A DNA stretch of 64,000 bases from Lama guanicoe. Taxonomy: Eukaryota. Where the stretch lies: assembly GCA_013239625.1 (NCBI GenBank), contig MU053652.1, positions 2,730,001 through 2,794,000 of the forward strand. Direction: 5' to 3'. A model generated the notes under the pieces. The model made no database searches. It was not told the DNA's origin and was given only the letters and a program-made list of their open reading frames with translations. Below are positions 23,240 through 37,299 of the stretch, piece after piece (the first letter of the stretch is position 1; the number at the start of each line of letters is the position of its first letter). A program made the translations under genes and the position numbers.

Positions 23240-25880
23240 ATTATAAACGTCTCTAAGTATTAATGGGATGAAGCAGCCACTCTCCTGCACTGCTGCTTGG
23301 TGTGTAACCTGGTGTAACCTTTCTAGAGGCGATCTGACAATACTAATCAAGCTTAAATATGCTCCTACCCTCTGGCCAGGTAATTGCACTTACAGGAATT
23401 TGTACTAAAGAAATAATAAGTGCAAAAGGTTTTACTGCATAGTTATATATACCTATAAACAACTGAAACCAATCTAAATGTCCAGAAATAGAAGAATGGC
23501 TAAATAACTGATGTTACACATATATTCAAGGTATTTATATATGAATATATGTAATTATGATATATATATATACACACACACACATGTGCATAGACATTTT
23601 TTCCTGCCTCAGCCAGATCATAATACAGATACCAGGGCTGCTCATTGCTACTGGCTTAATCACTGTTTCCAGGTCTTTTCAGTGAACAGAGGAGCTGGGA
23701 ATATGTCTATGTATAAACACATGAATCATAAGTTTATATCACTGACTTTCAATTCAAATTCGGAACTACAGGGTTTTTACCTAACCTCTTCTCTTTTACA
23801 TCTATATCTCCTTCTTTTCATGCTGAGAATCTTGATTCTCAAGGACACTGAGTGTGGTAGAATTAGAATATCCCATAATTAATATTTGCTTATTCCATAT
23901 TACTCAGAATAGCAATGTTGACATTACCACCAATAATACGATCACCAAAACCTGATAAAAGTGTTTTTGCAATTCATTTTGTCCTTAGAGTATATATCCC
24001 AGTAGGGAAATATAGTCAAATTACTGTGTCTTAAAGTTGTTTGAAACAGTGCTCTGTATGCCAGAAACTGGATACAGTTAGGCTTTTCAAAAGTTAGAAA
24101 TTATGTATTAAAAATTAATATTTTTATAACGATGTAAAATATTTAAAATATTCCAAAGTCAAATCTACAAAATGAGGTAAATTCAAAAAAGTCTAGCTTT
24201 TATCCTCATCCCTTCCATTTTATTCCCTTCCCTCTCTTATAGGTAACTAATATTTTGTGACATTTATCCTTCCATTGTTTGTTTTTTCAATATAAGAGAA
24301 TATATACGTATACATATATGTGTGTGTATGTATCTATGCATGTGTATATATGTATGTAAATATATATTTATATTCATTTTTACATAATGGCAGCATCCTA
24401 GATTGAGTTTTCTCCCCCTTGCTATTTTACTTACAATATATCCTAGCTATTAACCCATTGAAATATTTCCTGAAGATTCCTAATACCATTTTATAAGTGC
24501 AAAGAATTCCATTGCATGATTATACCATACTTTGCTCAATCAGTCCTCTATTAATGGACACTTGGGTTGTTTCTAGGCTTTTGATATTATAAATAATTTC
24601 TATCTTATGGTTTTATATTGTATTTTATATACTCATCTAAAATATAACTAGATCTGAACTGTGTGGAATTCTACAAGATGAGCCTAGACCATCTTATTAT
24701 ACCAACTAGCTGAAGCACGATCAAAGACTACTAGGGTCATGTCAAAAGATGTCAGGAGCCAAACTGAAGATGCTAACACAGGCCAAATAAGGGATAATTT
24801 AAGTCTTAATAAGCATAATAAATGTGTTGAAACAAATTAATGTTTCAATTAATAAGTCTGAATGACAATTGAAAAACAAAAAAACATAAAAAGCAAAAAG
24901 CACAAAACATCTATTTGGCCAGTATTGGCACATGCCAGAAAATCAACTCTAGGAATAAGAGGATTAAAATATCACGATTTTGAATCCTTAAGAAACAAAT
25001 GATTCCAGGTAACATTATAAAAGAAGAGATCATTACACATTATGCATCTCCTAATGGCAAAACACATCACTACCTATGAAGTAGTCTTGCAAAAAAAAAA
25101 ATCTGAATCTGTTAAACCTGTAGATAGTTGCAGGAAACACAGAGGACAGAGAAGCATGAGAAACTATACCTTGGGGATGCAATGAGAAAAATCCTAGGTT
25201 GTGGGCAAGTTCTATAGGACAAAACTTAGTTTCTTTAACAAATAAATCGCAAGAAAAAAAATTAAGTGGAAACCCATATATATTTTACAAGACTTAACAG
25301 ACATGTCAACCAGGCTCATCATGTGAACCTTATTTGGATCCTGCTTAAAACAACCTATGAAAATAAATTATGACATTTGTGAGATAACTAGAAATCTGAA
25401 CAATGACTGAATTATTTCATTTTATTAAGGTATCATTATTATAATTAGTTTGGATGTGATAATGGTTATGTTTTAATAGGCCTTGTCTTTTAAAGATCCA
25501 TATTGAAGTATTTGTGGATGAGATGATACGATTTCTGGACTTGCTTTAAAATAAAATGAGTGAAGAAGAAGAAGAGGGAATTGATAAGTTGGTTGGTCAT
25601 CAAGGTTGATGGGTACATAAGGTTCTTTATGCTCTCTGTCTACTTTTGTTTAAGTTTTAAATTTCCTATAATAAAACATTAATATACATTTGTACATAAT
25701 GGGCTTGTGTGTATGTATATGTGTAAACACTTGTCATAAGGAATAAAACAAAATATTAATGGTGATTATCTCCAGATGATAGAATTATGGGTGATTTGGT
25801 AATCTCTTGTTTTTACTGTACTGTATATTCTATATCTTTATACTGTACATATAGTCTATATAAATAGGAAAAAATATTTT
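23240..25880. mobile_element. Nested old L1 (L1MC/L1ME-like) 3' fragments in both orientations
   Basis: Recognisable degenerate L1M 3'UTR motifs, for example aatggacacttgggttgtttctagg, tgatgggtacataaggttc and aaatgtccagaaatagaagaatggctaaataa. Confidence 0.6.
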
Positions 25881-28800
25881 AAAAGGAAAATCTTTTAATG
25901 TTTAACAATACCATTTCACAACTTAACTAGAATTCACTTCTGACACAACGAATGAAATAACTTTGTACTTTTAAAATATAATTAGGCAAGGCAAATTACT
26001 TAATATTTCATTATATTTAGTTTTGAATGGGTATAGATAATAGATCATGAAAATACAATGCTAAGGTAAAGTTAAAAGTTTAAAAAAATTCTCTTGTTTG
26101 GTATAACAGGGTAATCTTAAATTTACAGCTTAGGAGTAAGCGGTTAAATTTTTTTCCTCCTTACATAACACAAAAACAACTGATTCAGTTTGGCACAAAC
26201 TTTCTCCTCCAAAGTCACCTTTGTGCTGAAATTCAGCACCTTGGGTTTCAGTCAAATAACTTGCAGATGAGAAAAGTTTTCCTAATAAAATTTTCTTGTA
26301 ACTTTACTACCATGTTAGTTCCTGGCAACTTGGGAGAGTCCTTTTTTCATAATTAAGTGCATCAGAAGAATGCGTCTCTCTCTCCTACTTTCTCCTATGC
26401 AGAGAGAGCAAACAGTTTAAATCATTCCTTTTGTGCTGCTGAAATGTAAGGCCATGACAGTAGATACAATTAAGAAAAAGACAGTTAATAGGTATTTTTA
26501 GCATATTAATAGTTAATACAAGGTACTGCAGGATTTGTCATTCAATTATGAGAAAATTAGTCTTTTGATATCAGGAAAAAATTTAAAAAACCAACTTATA
26601 AATAAAATTTTATTTTGTAATTACATATAGACATATTATCATCTGAATGTTCTATAATCAGATAGCTGTCCCTTCTTCATTTATTTTGAAATAAAGACTT
26701 TCCATTTATCTAATTTTCTCCTTTTGTTCACAAGTAATTTTCTCCTAAAGAAGCCATAGTCAGCTCCTGTTGTGAAATACATGAACAGATTAGCACTTAA
26801 GAAACATTTTGTTCTGAATGTAGACTTTAAAGCAAAGTCATTGGTAGATGTAATTATTCATTTAGAAGTGAAATTTTCTGATTTAACAACTGATCACAGG
26901 CAGATAATGTCGATTTGGGTTCATTTGTCCATTGGAGGTTCCATGCGTAATTAATTATACACTTTATATAATTCAACCTTCACTTGCAACTATGTGCCAA
27001 GCTTTGTGCTAAGCATTTTCATAGTTAATCTTAATTATTTACTATGATAACCCTGTGAAATAGTTATTTTGGAAAGAGGTTAAATTGCTTGCTCAAGATC
27101 ACACAGTAATCTAATTGATTGTAAATCATGTGTTAACCACTTTTAAGTTACGAACACTGGTGACTGAGAACATGTGTAGCACTCTTTGGTGCTTAATGTG
27201 GAGCCTTGGTCTAAAAGTAAGTCAAGTCAGCTCAAAGGCTGATATTTTTCTGCCTCATAGTGAAACAGGGTTCTCTACCTCCCAGACACATTGGAAGATG
27301 TGCAGGAGGTGCAGCGTGCTTCATATCATTCAAACATGGAGCCAGCTAGGATGGACAAGGTCTCATGAAGAAGACGACTAACTAAGAGGCATCAAGCAGA
27401 AGGGACAGGGCAACCTGTCCACAGCAGCAGAGCAGTACTAGCTTTCTGCCTTGATCTTTTAACAAATTTAAGAAGGCTCAGACATTTTTAAGCCTGGGAA
27501 TAAATAGTCTTTCAATTTAGTGACCAACAAACTGAAGGTCAACCTGAGAAAGTTGATTCTTGATGTATTTCCAACCAGGTTCACTCATTTTATCCCCATG
27601 GACTCAAAATTAAGAATTAAAAACCTCAACGTTAGTAAATCATATGTTCAAAATACTGACAGTTCTAGTTAGATGTACATCCCAAGTGCCAGCAGAGCCC
27701 GCTTTATTTGTTTACTCTTAACTTCATGTAGAACTGTTTGTTCGGAATGTAGTCTTTTTAAAAGCCATTCACCTCCAGGCTTAGTTAAAGAACAGAATAT
27801 GTGAGAAAAGAATTTTCCAACTTTTGTTGACTCAGTAATGAAGAGGAAAAATATGTTTATAAGAATTTGGCTGCTTGGTAACTCAAAAACATTGATCTAA
27901 GAAACTTGAAATTTCACATGTTAAATGCTAAATCCAATTATGAATTTCAAACCCAATTTTCCAAAGCATATCCTTGTTCTAGCTTATTAATACTACAGAA
28001 TCATTCTGATTGGCATCCAATTATTAACTGTCTCTATAAGGTTGTACTAGAAATTACTACTAGGAATGTTTTATTTGTGGATACGTAAATACAAGTTATG
28101 TAACACCTTATAAGTGGACGTGAACTAAAAGATCTTAAAAATAAATAGGAACAACAAAAATAAGACATGACTAACCCTCCTGCCACCATCAAAAAAATGT
28201 TTCCAAGGACGTGAAGCCAAGAAAACAGAAATCTATAAACACAAGGCCAAGATAATCAGTTGCCTAGGTCTCCATACATGACAAAATAAAGCATTAAAAA
28301 CCAAACAGAACCAACAAACCCCACCTGCTTTGAAGGAGAGAATGTCGAAGAACATGGACCTTTTCTGCCCCTCCACCTACCACAGAAATCCCTGCCAGTT
28401 GATGATTTTTAAATTACTGAATCTCCAAAAATTATGGGAGAAGGATGTCTTAAAAATGCAGTAGACTCAATCACATAGGTCATATCCACATTAGTTGAAG
28501 TCGTAATTATGGAAGGAAGAGTAATCTACTTCATTCATTTTAATAACCAGTTCTTTCTCAGATTTACCACAGAGCCAACTCAACCTAATTATTAAGGTAC
28601 AATAATAGTGGATTAAACTACTTTTCAATCCAAGAATTTTTATTATGGAGAGAAGGCTTGGACAATTTAAGCAATTATGTGCTTCATTTCTCCTTTTCTG
28701 TGTCTCCATTCTCACTTATGTATCAAGTATTAAATTTAACTCACTTCATTCTTAATGTTTCACATCTTGTCATCTTCATTTAGAAAAACTCAAACTAAAT

Positions 28801-29144
28801 TTTAAAAGGCTGCGGGGTAAGAGTTGGTGGCTAGTTTCTATGTGTAACAAACTATAATCTCTAGAGCCCAGACGGCTGACCTGGAGAACCAGAGACCAAA
28901 TTCCGGTTGCCCTGAAAAACCTTGCACACACAACTAGTGCATATTCTAGATTTTACCATACCTCTCCCAAAACACTTCACGGATGCCTGACCTACACAAC
29001 CTCTCTTTGTACACAGGAACACACCATTTATTTTCATTTGGATGGAATATTGCTAAAGAGCAAGGTCACTTGAAAGAAAGTTGAACTCAGAGTCAGAATT
29101 GAAGTGTGAGTTCCAGTTCTTCAGGGGACCTGTTAAAGGCGCTT

Positions 29145-29395
29145 TCGTGCAGTGGGTAAGTGTGTGCCTGCTGAGGCCAGAATGGGTAGGTGCAAATCCA
29201 GGTTTTTCCACTTTCTAGCCATGTGACCCCAGGCAAATTATTTAAGTCTTGTACCTCAGTTTTCTCTTTTGTAAAATGGTAATAATATTGATCATGACCT
29301 CATAGAGTTTTTGTGAAGGCTAAATATCTTAATGGGACTTAGAAGAAGAGCCTCAGGTAGCCTAAGCACTCAAGAAATGTCGGCAATTATTATTA
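29145..29395 (+). mobile_element. MIR SINE (representative; others near 190-410, 5850-5950, 11460-11620, 12380-12580, 16465-16640, 18358-18580, 30205-30420 and 43600-43830)
   Basis: MIR core: tagccatgtgaccccaggcaaattatttaag...cctcagttttctcttttgtaaaatgg. Confidence 0.8.
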
Positions 29396-29610
29396 CTTGC
29401 TGCGTGAACTTGGGGAATTCACCTAACCTCTATGATACTCTATTTCATCTTATGCTCAAAAGGGGATCACAACTTCATATGGTCTTTATGAAGACCAAAT
29501 AAACTCATGCAATGTATGTGACAGTCATTTTGAAAACATAATCAAGTATTGGACAACTCCTTCAACCAAGCTGAGTTAATTCCTTTTTGCTCTGTGCCCC
29601 TGTAATACTT

Positions 29611-29661
29611 CACACACACACACACACACACACGCACGCACGCACGCACGCACACACACAC
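29611..29661. repeat. Compound (CA)n(CGCA)n microsatellite
   Basis: Seen directly. Confidence 0.95.
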
Positions 29662-30439
29662 CTGCTATAGCACTTATCACACTGTATCATAAGAATTTGC
29701 TTATCTAACAGTGGACAGTGCATCCTCTGATTCACCTCTGCACCCTCAGCACATTAGATACACCTGGCACAGGACAGGTACTCAATAAATATTTATTTAA
29801 ATGAATATTGTCCAAACAACTGAGCAGGAATTCTCAAGGCCTCTACCAGGAAGGATGGCTTATCATTTTTTGTCCTTAGTAGACCACCCAGAAATGTGCT
29901 TGTTTTTCCTCAGTCACAATGGATTGGGATTCTGTCATTTCGAATGCAGCTTGTGTGGTTGCATCCACTCATTCTTTTCCCTTAGTAAATAGTTATTGAG
30001 CAACTATTGTGTGCCAGGCCCTGTGCTGTACCACAGGTGGCAAATGCCGTGGCTAGTTTAGTGCCTGCATACTATACTGAAAGAACCTATTTACAATAGA
30101 ATCATTTATGACTGGAGATAATAAGCTCCTTGATTTAATTACTTCATTAGAGTGGTAGAATCTCAAGGAAAGAATGATTTTCTAGCGGTGGGAGTCCTTA
30201 CAGAATAATAAGTTAAAGTCAGGGATTTGACTGCCTAAGTTAAAATCCTTGCTCTGCAAGCAATGTATAAGACCTTGGGCAAGTTACTTAACTCCTCTAA
30301 GCCTCACTTTTCTTATCTCTAAGATGGAGTTAGCAGGATTGATGTGAGTATTACAAAAACCCGCATTAAACACTTATTTTGGGACTTGCCATATAGTAAG
30401 CATTCAGTATGTGTTTGTTATGGTGATTTAACCCAACCC

Positions 30440-31310
30440 CTCACCCCAGTGTTTGAATTTCCATCACAAATGTATTCAGGACATGGGGCATGAATGCCCC
30501 AGCTTCTACTTGAATACCATCAGAGTTAGGGAACTTACAACATTCACCAGTTGTCCACTCAGTTACTGGGCAAATGTAATTGTTGATGAATTCTAATGGA
30601 TTGTGATATACATGCTTACATCTTCCACTCACAGGTCTTCAGTCTGTCATTTGAGGTTACCCAGAAGAGATCTAACCTTTCCTCTGCAGGACAGCCCCTC
30701 TAACTTTGGAAGGTAACCACAAATGTTAGCTCTCCCCCTCCTCCTCACACACCCACACACAATCTTAGCTCCTTTAATCATTTCTGATACGACACTGATT
30801 ACAAGACCCCATGTTATCTTTTTTTTACTCTTCTTGAATACTCTTCTGTTTATCAATGTCTCTCTTAAAGGCTGAAGATGAGAATTCATAAATAAGAACA
30901 AATCTGGTCTAATCACCAGAGAACTACTTCCCAACTTAAACACTATATTTCTATTAAAACAACAAAAGACTGATTTTTTTGGAAGTTACATCATACTGTG
31001 TTGACTCATCATCTACTCACAATCAACAGGAGACTCTAAATCTTCCTACGTGAGCAATTGTAAGTCATCTCGCCCCCAACCTGTACTTGTACAATTGAAT
31101 TTTGGGATCTTTGAGTACTTTATATTTGTCCCCATTAAACTTTATGTTGTTAGATGTGATTCATTATTACATTTTGGATAAGATGGAAAGAGGGGAATTC
31201 TGATTGTATCATCCAACTTATTTGTTATCCTTTCTAGTTTTACGTCATCTGTACATTTGTTCAGCCTGCCATCCATGTAATCATCTTAGCCATCAATCAA
31301 AGTGTTAAGG
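30440..31310 (-). mobile_element. Ancient CR1/L3 LINE fragment
   Basis: Degenerate L3-like motifs, for example aaatctggtctaatcaccag, tttatatttgtcccattaaactttat and ttttacgtcatctgtacattt. Confidence 0.55.
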
Positions 31311-32399
31311 GGGAGTTTGCATACCAGACTTGTATTAGAATCCTAGAGGCCTGAGTGTGCATCAGCCTTATAAAAATTTTTTAAAAGATACCATTCATTC
31401 AATCAACAAATATTTATTGGGTGCCTAGCCTACCATGTACCAGCTACAATTCCAAGCACTGAGCATATAGAGGTGAACAAAACAAATTCTTTGCACTCAT
31501 GAAGCTTACATTCTAGTTTGGAGATAGATATTAAGCAAATAAGAGGATAAATAAATAATAATTTTTTAAATGAAAAACTAAAGCAGGTGAGGGGCCAGGG
31601 AAGGTTGACGGTGGGAGTGAGGGAAGGAGTTGCCCATGCTCAGTGTAGCTAAAGCAGAGCTGTTTTTGAAATTTGACTGCATTGCTCACGCTCTGCAATC
31701 TTAGGGTGCATCTGGCCCCAAAGGTATCCCAAAGTGGGCAACAAGTCTTTCTGACTTCTCAAGACTCACTTTTTCTTATGTGGAGTCATATAAGGAAACA
31801 TTGAAAGAACAACGATGAAAAATTTAAACAGTCATGAAACAAACAAAAAAAAACATTTGAAACGACATAACACCTCAAGAGACATCACAACATTCCTTCA
31901 TATGCATAGGCTACTCAAACGTTGTGAGATCAGCAAGACTAGCAGGGGAGCTGGTCTTCTGATGAAGACCCCAGAGAGAGAATTTTGAAATTAATGCTAT
32001 AGAAGTATCATGTATGGTTGAAAATGAAATAATGGAGGAAAAAACGGAAAAGTGAGCACTTACCTTATTCCAATCCCCATGTTCTCAAGTATGGAGTGAG
32101 TTATGAATCCAGTACGTTGTGGAAAGTCAGGAGGATGGAATGCTTGGGTGACCCAAAACTCAGCTCGGAGAGTCTGAATACTGAACTCTGGAAAATAAGC
32201 CCAGAAGGAACAGATTTGAAATCTACCTCTAGTAACTACTCTCTCTCATGATTCTAATATTGATAAATTCTTCAAAATAGTTTAGATAATTTTCAAGCCT
32301 CTTTGATGTTGAAGGACTTGGTAAATCTATGTTTTGTAAAATCCTAATTGCATTCCCTGATTGGGAATGTGTTTTATGTTCTTACGTTCTTATAGTGAT

Positions 32400-33560
32400 A
32401 TTATTTTTGTTCACTGAGCATCTATTTTGTACCAAATACTTTGTTGGTGCTAGGAATACAAAGGTCAATAGGATAAATATGGTTCCTGCTTACAGAGACC
32501 TTCCAGTAAAGCTTGCAGTAGAGGGCAAGAGATAAACAGGAAAGGCAGCTCTGATAAAGGAATGTATTGGGGAGAGAACAATAGTGAGAGCTCTGGGAAG
32601 GACTCTCACCCAGACTTGGAGAATTGGAACTTAGGGACTGCTACACAGAGACTTACATGGTGTGAAGGAGTTTGTCAGATAAAGAGGTGGGGCAGGTGTG
32701 TTTCAGTGGAGGGCACAGAAGATGTACATTTTGAAGGTGACAGAAGTGGCTGAGTATCTGAGTGCTGAAACTAGTTCAGGATAGCTGAGACAGAATGGTC
32801 AGAGATGAGACTGGAAAAGTAAACAGGACCAATTTACACAGAGCTTTACAAGCCATGCCGTAGAGGAAGTACAGCCTACTGAAATTCGTGGTGGCTTGAA
32901 TGCTGGAGTTTTGAAGGGGCAGAAGTCAAAACTGCTGCTCAGATTTTTGGCTTGAACAGCTGTGGTGGACAGTGCTATCACTCCCTAAGAAAGCTAAAAT
33001 CATTTTTGTATTTTGAGAGGAAAAGGGGAGGAGTCCAGCCTTGGTCATGTTTGGTTTGGGATGTCTGGGGAACACTCACAGGGTACAAGTAGGCAGTTTG
33101 ATCTTGAAGTCTGAGAATACAGGTTCAGGAAGCATCAGGGCACAATCGGCAATGATAGAATCCACAGGGATGAAAGAGATACACTGGGCCCTAGAGTGTC
33201 AGGGAAGCGAAAAGACCCAGGAGAAGACCTGGAGGAAACCCAAAGCTTAGAAGATGGGCAGAGAAACGATCCCTGGAAAAAAGAGAGAGGGAGAAGGTGA
33301 AGGCAGATGGCCAGAAGGAAAACAAGAAGTGTGAGGTATCACAGAGGACACGGGAAAAGTACATTTCAACAAGGAGGTTAATGCTGTCATGAGATCAAGT
33401 AAGAAAAGACTGAGAAGCACCATGGAGGGAGCACCAAGGAGGTGTTTGGCCAGTTCACTGAGAGCAGTGTCAGTGGAGGTAGAAGATACGTTACAGCAAG
33501 TTGAGGAATAAATGGAACCAGTGAATGGAGATGACTGTTTCAAACAATTTGCCTTAAAAG
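32400..33560 (-). mobile_element. L2 LINE fragment
   Basis: Purine-rich L2 minus-strand pattern: actgagcatctattttgtacca...gatttttggcttgaacagctg...gagcagtgtcagtggag. Confidence 0.65.
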
Positions 33561-34660
33561 TGGAAGACATAATCCCGAGATTTTCTTCCCCAAGGTAGGA
33601 AAATGGGCCACCATGAAGACTCCCTCACCACCTTGACATTAGCTCAGTTGATCACATGGTGATGGTCTTGGTAGGCATGGCCTGTGTGTGGGGGCTGTGG
33701 TCTCTTAACCGGTGATGGGTGTAGCTGAAACCGTACAGTGAACTAAATCTGCCTTTCCTGTTCTCCTCCTAACCCTTCTCCCACACCTGACCCTTCCCTA
33801 ATCCTCTAAAGTTCTTCCTGGGCCCAAGACCACTGCGGTGCATGAATGTACATCTGACCCCTGGGCACAGACCACCCATGAAATGACCTTCATAGGTTAA
33901 AAACCTAATCAGACACAACTGTCACACTCACCTATTGCCACAGCTCATGTACTGGGACCAGTCAGAGGGAGGGAGAGGAGTGTGGTCAACTTGGAGGCTG
34001 GAGCAGATTGCTGGCCCCACAGCTGGCCAGGCAGCTCTCTATGCAGGGGCCAGTCCCTGACAGCAAAATCCAGAAGCCAAAATAAATGAGTCTGGTGGAA
34101 AACAGATGACCACAATGCAAGCAATGCTGAAGATTGGTCCTAGGGAGTGAAGGTGCGTCAGGACATAATGGATGCGCACTGTAAGGGGTTTGGATGAGAG
34201 GGGAGGAGCAGGGAGCTGTCCAAGAACAGGGACCAAGGACTAGAAGTGGGCTGAACCTGTCATACACACAGAGGCCAGGCACAACCATGCTGGGCAGGCG
34301 GCTCTCTCACCACCCGATCTCTTATCCTGCGTCCTTCTACTGCGCTCATGTTTGCACACACTCATGACATGAACTGAAGTTTCTGACATTCACAACAATT
34401 CTCAAAATCTTATTTCCTCAACCTTTCTTACAGTAACCTGTATTCCAAGAGGAAGCTAGGAACGCTCTGGCTTGGATGGTGCTAATGTGGAGCACAGAGG
34501 CTATGGTGGGAACTAACCTGAAAAGCTTGCAGGGATAGCGATCCCAAGCCTTGGGACCAGGAGCTGAAGCCAAGGTTTGATATAGTTCATTTAGGCCCTA
34601 AATCAATAGCAAAACTGGCTGCATGGCTTGGGTAAATGAAACGTTATTTCTAAATTGTAA

Positions 34661-34718
34661 TCACTCCAGGATATCTGTGTTCTCTAAAATCATTCCAGGA
34701 TATCTGTGTTCTCTAAAA
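34661..34718. repeat. 29-bp tandem duplication
   Basis: tca(c/t)tccaggatatctgtgttctctaaaa occurs twice, with one mismatch. Confidence 0.95.
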
Positions 34719-36048
34719 TGCACACGATGACTGAGCTGAAAGGCTTAACTGTCTTCAGTTTGTGATTATAGCACAGAGAGGAGAGAAAGAACAGTGGTAA
34801 ACATCTCAGATGAAGACAGTATTTTTATCTGGTGCACAGGCTAGCTAAGCTGCACAAACTGAGTTTTCAGCCGAAGATTTTTTTTTTTCACTTTACTCCA
34901 CTCAATAATCATTTACTCACTGGATATTGCTTACGGGGTAGAGTTTTCATCTAATTCTCATTTAAAGAAATTGAAAAGGAAAAACTAACTAATAATACCT
35001 CATTTGTGTATAGTGCTTGTCTCTCAAAGAAGACACTGTAACCTGTTTTATACTGTCTAATTTGCAGCAACAACACTTCTACAATGTAAATACTACTAAG
35101 GGCTATTATCATCTTACAAATTATGCATGAAAGAAACCGAGGCATGCGGGAGGGAAATGACTAGTTCAATGTCACTTCCATTTTAGAGGTGTAGTAGCTG
35201 GTTTCGTTTTCTTTTTTTAAACAATGAAGCCATGCTTTAGATAAGCCTATTTTTTAAGATGTACTTTGCCCTTAAATTTTAAGGCGAAAAATACCTTGCT
35301 TAAAGGAAATCACAAAGACCAAAATGTTCACTCTGTTCCACAGATCGAATTTCTCTCCCAAATGTAGATGAAAACTGATCAGTTCCTGACACCCAGCTCT
35401 GATTTGAATCAGCACAGTTCTCACCATCTTATGCCACACATATTACGAGTTGTTTGTGATATGCATTATGCTGCAGCCATCTTGTCATCTCAGCTGGATT
35501 TGGGAAGTACCATTACATGTGCTAATGCTGCATGTATGTAAAGTCACTGACACTTAGATGTTTGTACTAGCTTCCATTTGGGGGTGGGTAACATTTTCCT
35601 GATCTTTTCATGTATTCATTTACTCACTCATTCATTTATTCACACTCTCAAGCATTCAACCATCAATCCAGCAAACCCTGATTGTGTGCCCAAAATGTGC
35701 AAATACTACTCTGGATGTAAAAGATGAAAATAGGAAGGAGACAAAATCACTGATGTCAGGAAACTCCTAGCCCCATGAGGGAGCCAGAAGAGCAAACAAC
35801 TGTAGTTCAGTGTGGTGGGTGTGGAGACGGAGGGCACATGGAAACAGTCTGGGGAGCACAGCGAGGGGGGACTGATCTCTATCTGAGAGGGTGAGGAAGG
35901 CCTCTTAGATCTGAGCATGCCAGGAAGAAGGGGATTTGGGTGTTGCAGGTAGAGGGTGCAGCATGAGCACCTGATGCATCTGGCGAACTCCAGGGAACAT
36001 GCTATAACAGGAGGTTCTTCAATATTCCACGACTGGTTCTATTTCATA

Positions 36049-36431
36049 ATTTGGCCCACCAATTAAAGAACCTCCCACTTTCTTGACAACAGGGGGATGC
36101 TCATTACTTTACGCCTAGCTGATTTTGAGGCCCATGACATTCTCAGGGAGTCTGAGTATGCTAGGAAAAAGCTAGATGCCGATAATTTTGACACCCCATT
36201 ACATTTTTTATCGGGACCCACTTCAGAAGCAAACTTCATGTCAGAAATCTTTGGTTATTAGAATCTTTATTACTAGTGATTTCATGACTGGTATACCTGC
36301 AGTCCCTGGCAATGAGATCCTTATAGAGGTTGTAATAAAGATGGTCACTGAGATTAAGAGGATTCCTGGTATTTCTCCAATTATGTATGATTTAACATCA
36401 AAAGCCCCCAGGAACTACTGAGTAGGAGTAA
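36049..36431 (+). pseudogene. GMPS: 5'-truncated processed pseudogene of GMP synthase (C-terminal dimerisation domain)
   Basis: Across frames it reads FGPPIKEPPT / FLTTG / ADFEAHDILRES / MPIILTP / RDPLQKQTSCQKSLVIRIFITSDFMTGIPAVPGNEILIEVVIKMVTEIKRIPGISPIMYDLTSK / PGTTE*E*, matching the GMPS C-terminus (...PPGTTEWE). It is intronless, with frameshifts, a deletion and TGG>TAG. Confidence 0.93.
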
Positions 36432-37299
36432 TAAACTTCTTATTATACTAAAAAAAATTTTTTTATCGTAATCCAGGCCCTGGATGTCACCATAAATAAT
36501 TTTATAAAGGGAAATATATGGTCCTTCGGTTGTCTTCAGTTACAGAAGTAAAAACACATTCTACCAAAGTATTGTACCAAAGTGCTTTTTGAAACTCTGA
36601 CTATTTGAGGAATGTCACATAAGTTACAGCACAAAATCAAAGCTTTGGGTTGCTCTACTCAAAGTTTGTATTCTTTATATTTCATCTCCAGGGGGTGGCA
36701 GGTAAGAACAGCCTATCTACTCATCGAATATATGTAGTTGATTACTTAGTCCACCTCCAATATGGTCTTAGTATAAAATTTCTATATGGAAATACTTTCA
36801 AATACAGCATTTTCAAATGTACTACATGGGTTGGGTCAGATTTTTCCTGTTTACCTCTTCCCCACCATTCAGATTTGGTGCTGCCCAGTCTCCAAAAGCA
36901 TGACAGCCAGCCTTATAGGCTTCTTACCAGCACCCCCACACACTGGCAAGATGTTTTTGGAAGTAGTCTCTGAAAATCCTACACTCAAGTCCCTGCAGGG
37001 ACAGATCGTCCCTGAAGCCCCTGAGAAATCCTGTGTGAAGGCCTTCATGAACCAGGTCAGCAATAGTTAAAATGCAACTGCTACTGAGAACTCACATAGA
37101 ACCTTCTCTAGACTAACCCTACTGCCTTGGTAATTCTACTCTGAACTCCCTTATTGCTTCAGAAAAGCTTTGCACCACCAAATCAAATCCTTGTTTCTAT
37201 TTGGAGATTTTTAGGAGACTCTAAGAGTTCAAAATAACTAATCTATTATGGTTCCTGACCAATTATGGAGTCCTCTCTAAGACATCATTTATTCATTCA

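Noticed and set aside
36176..36421. Functional GMPS coding exon
   Set aside because: Intronless across the C-terminal region, frameshifted, truncated and carrying a nonsense codon.
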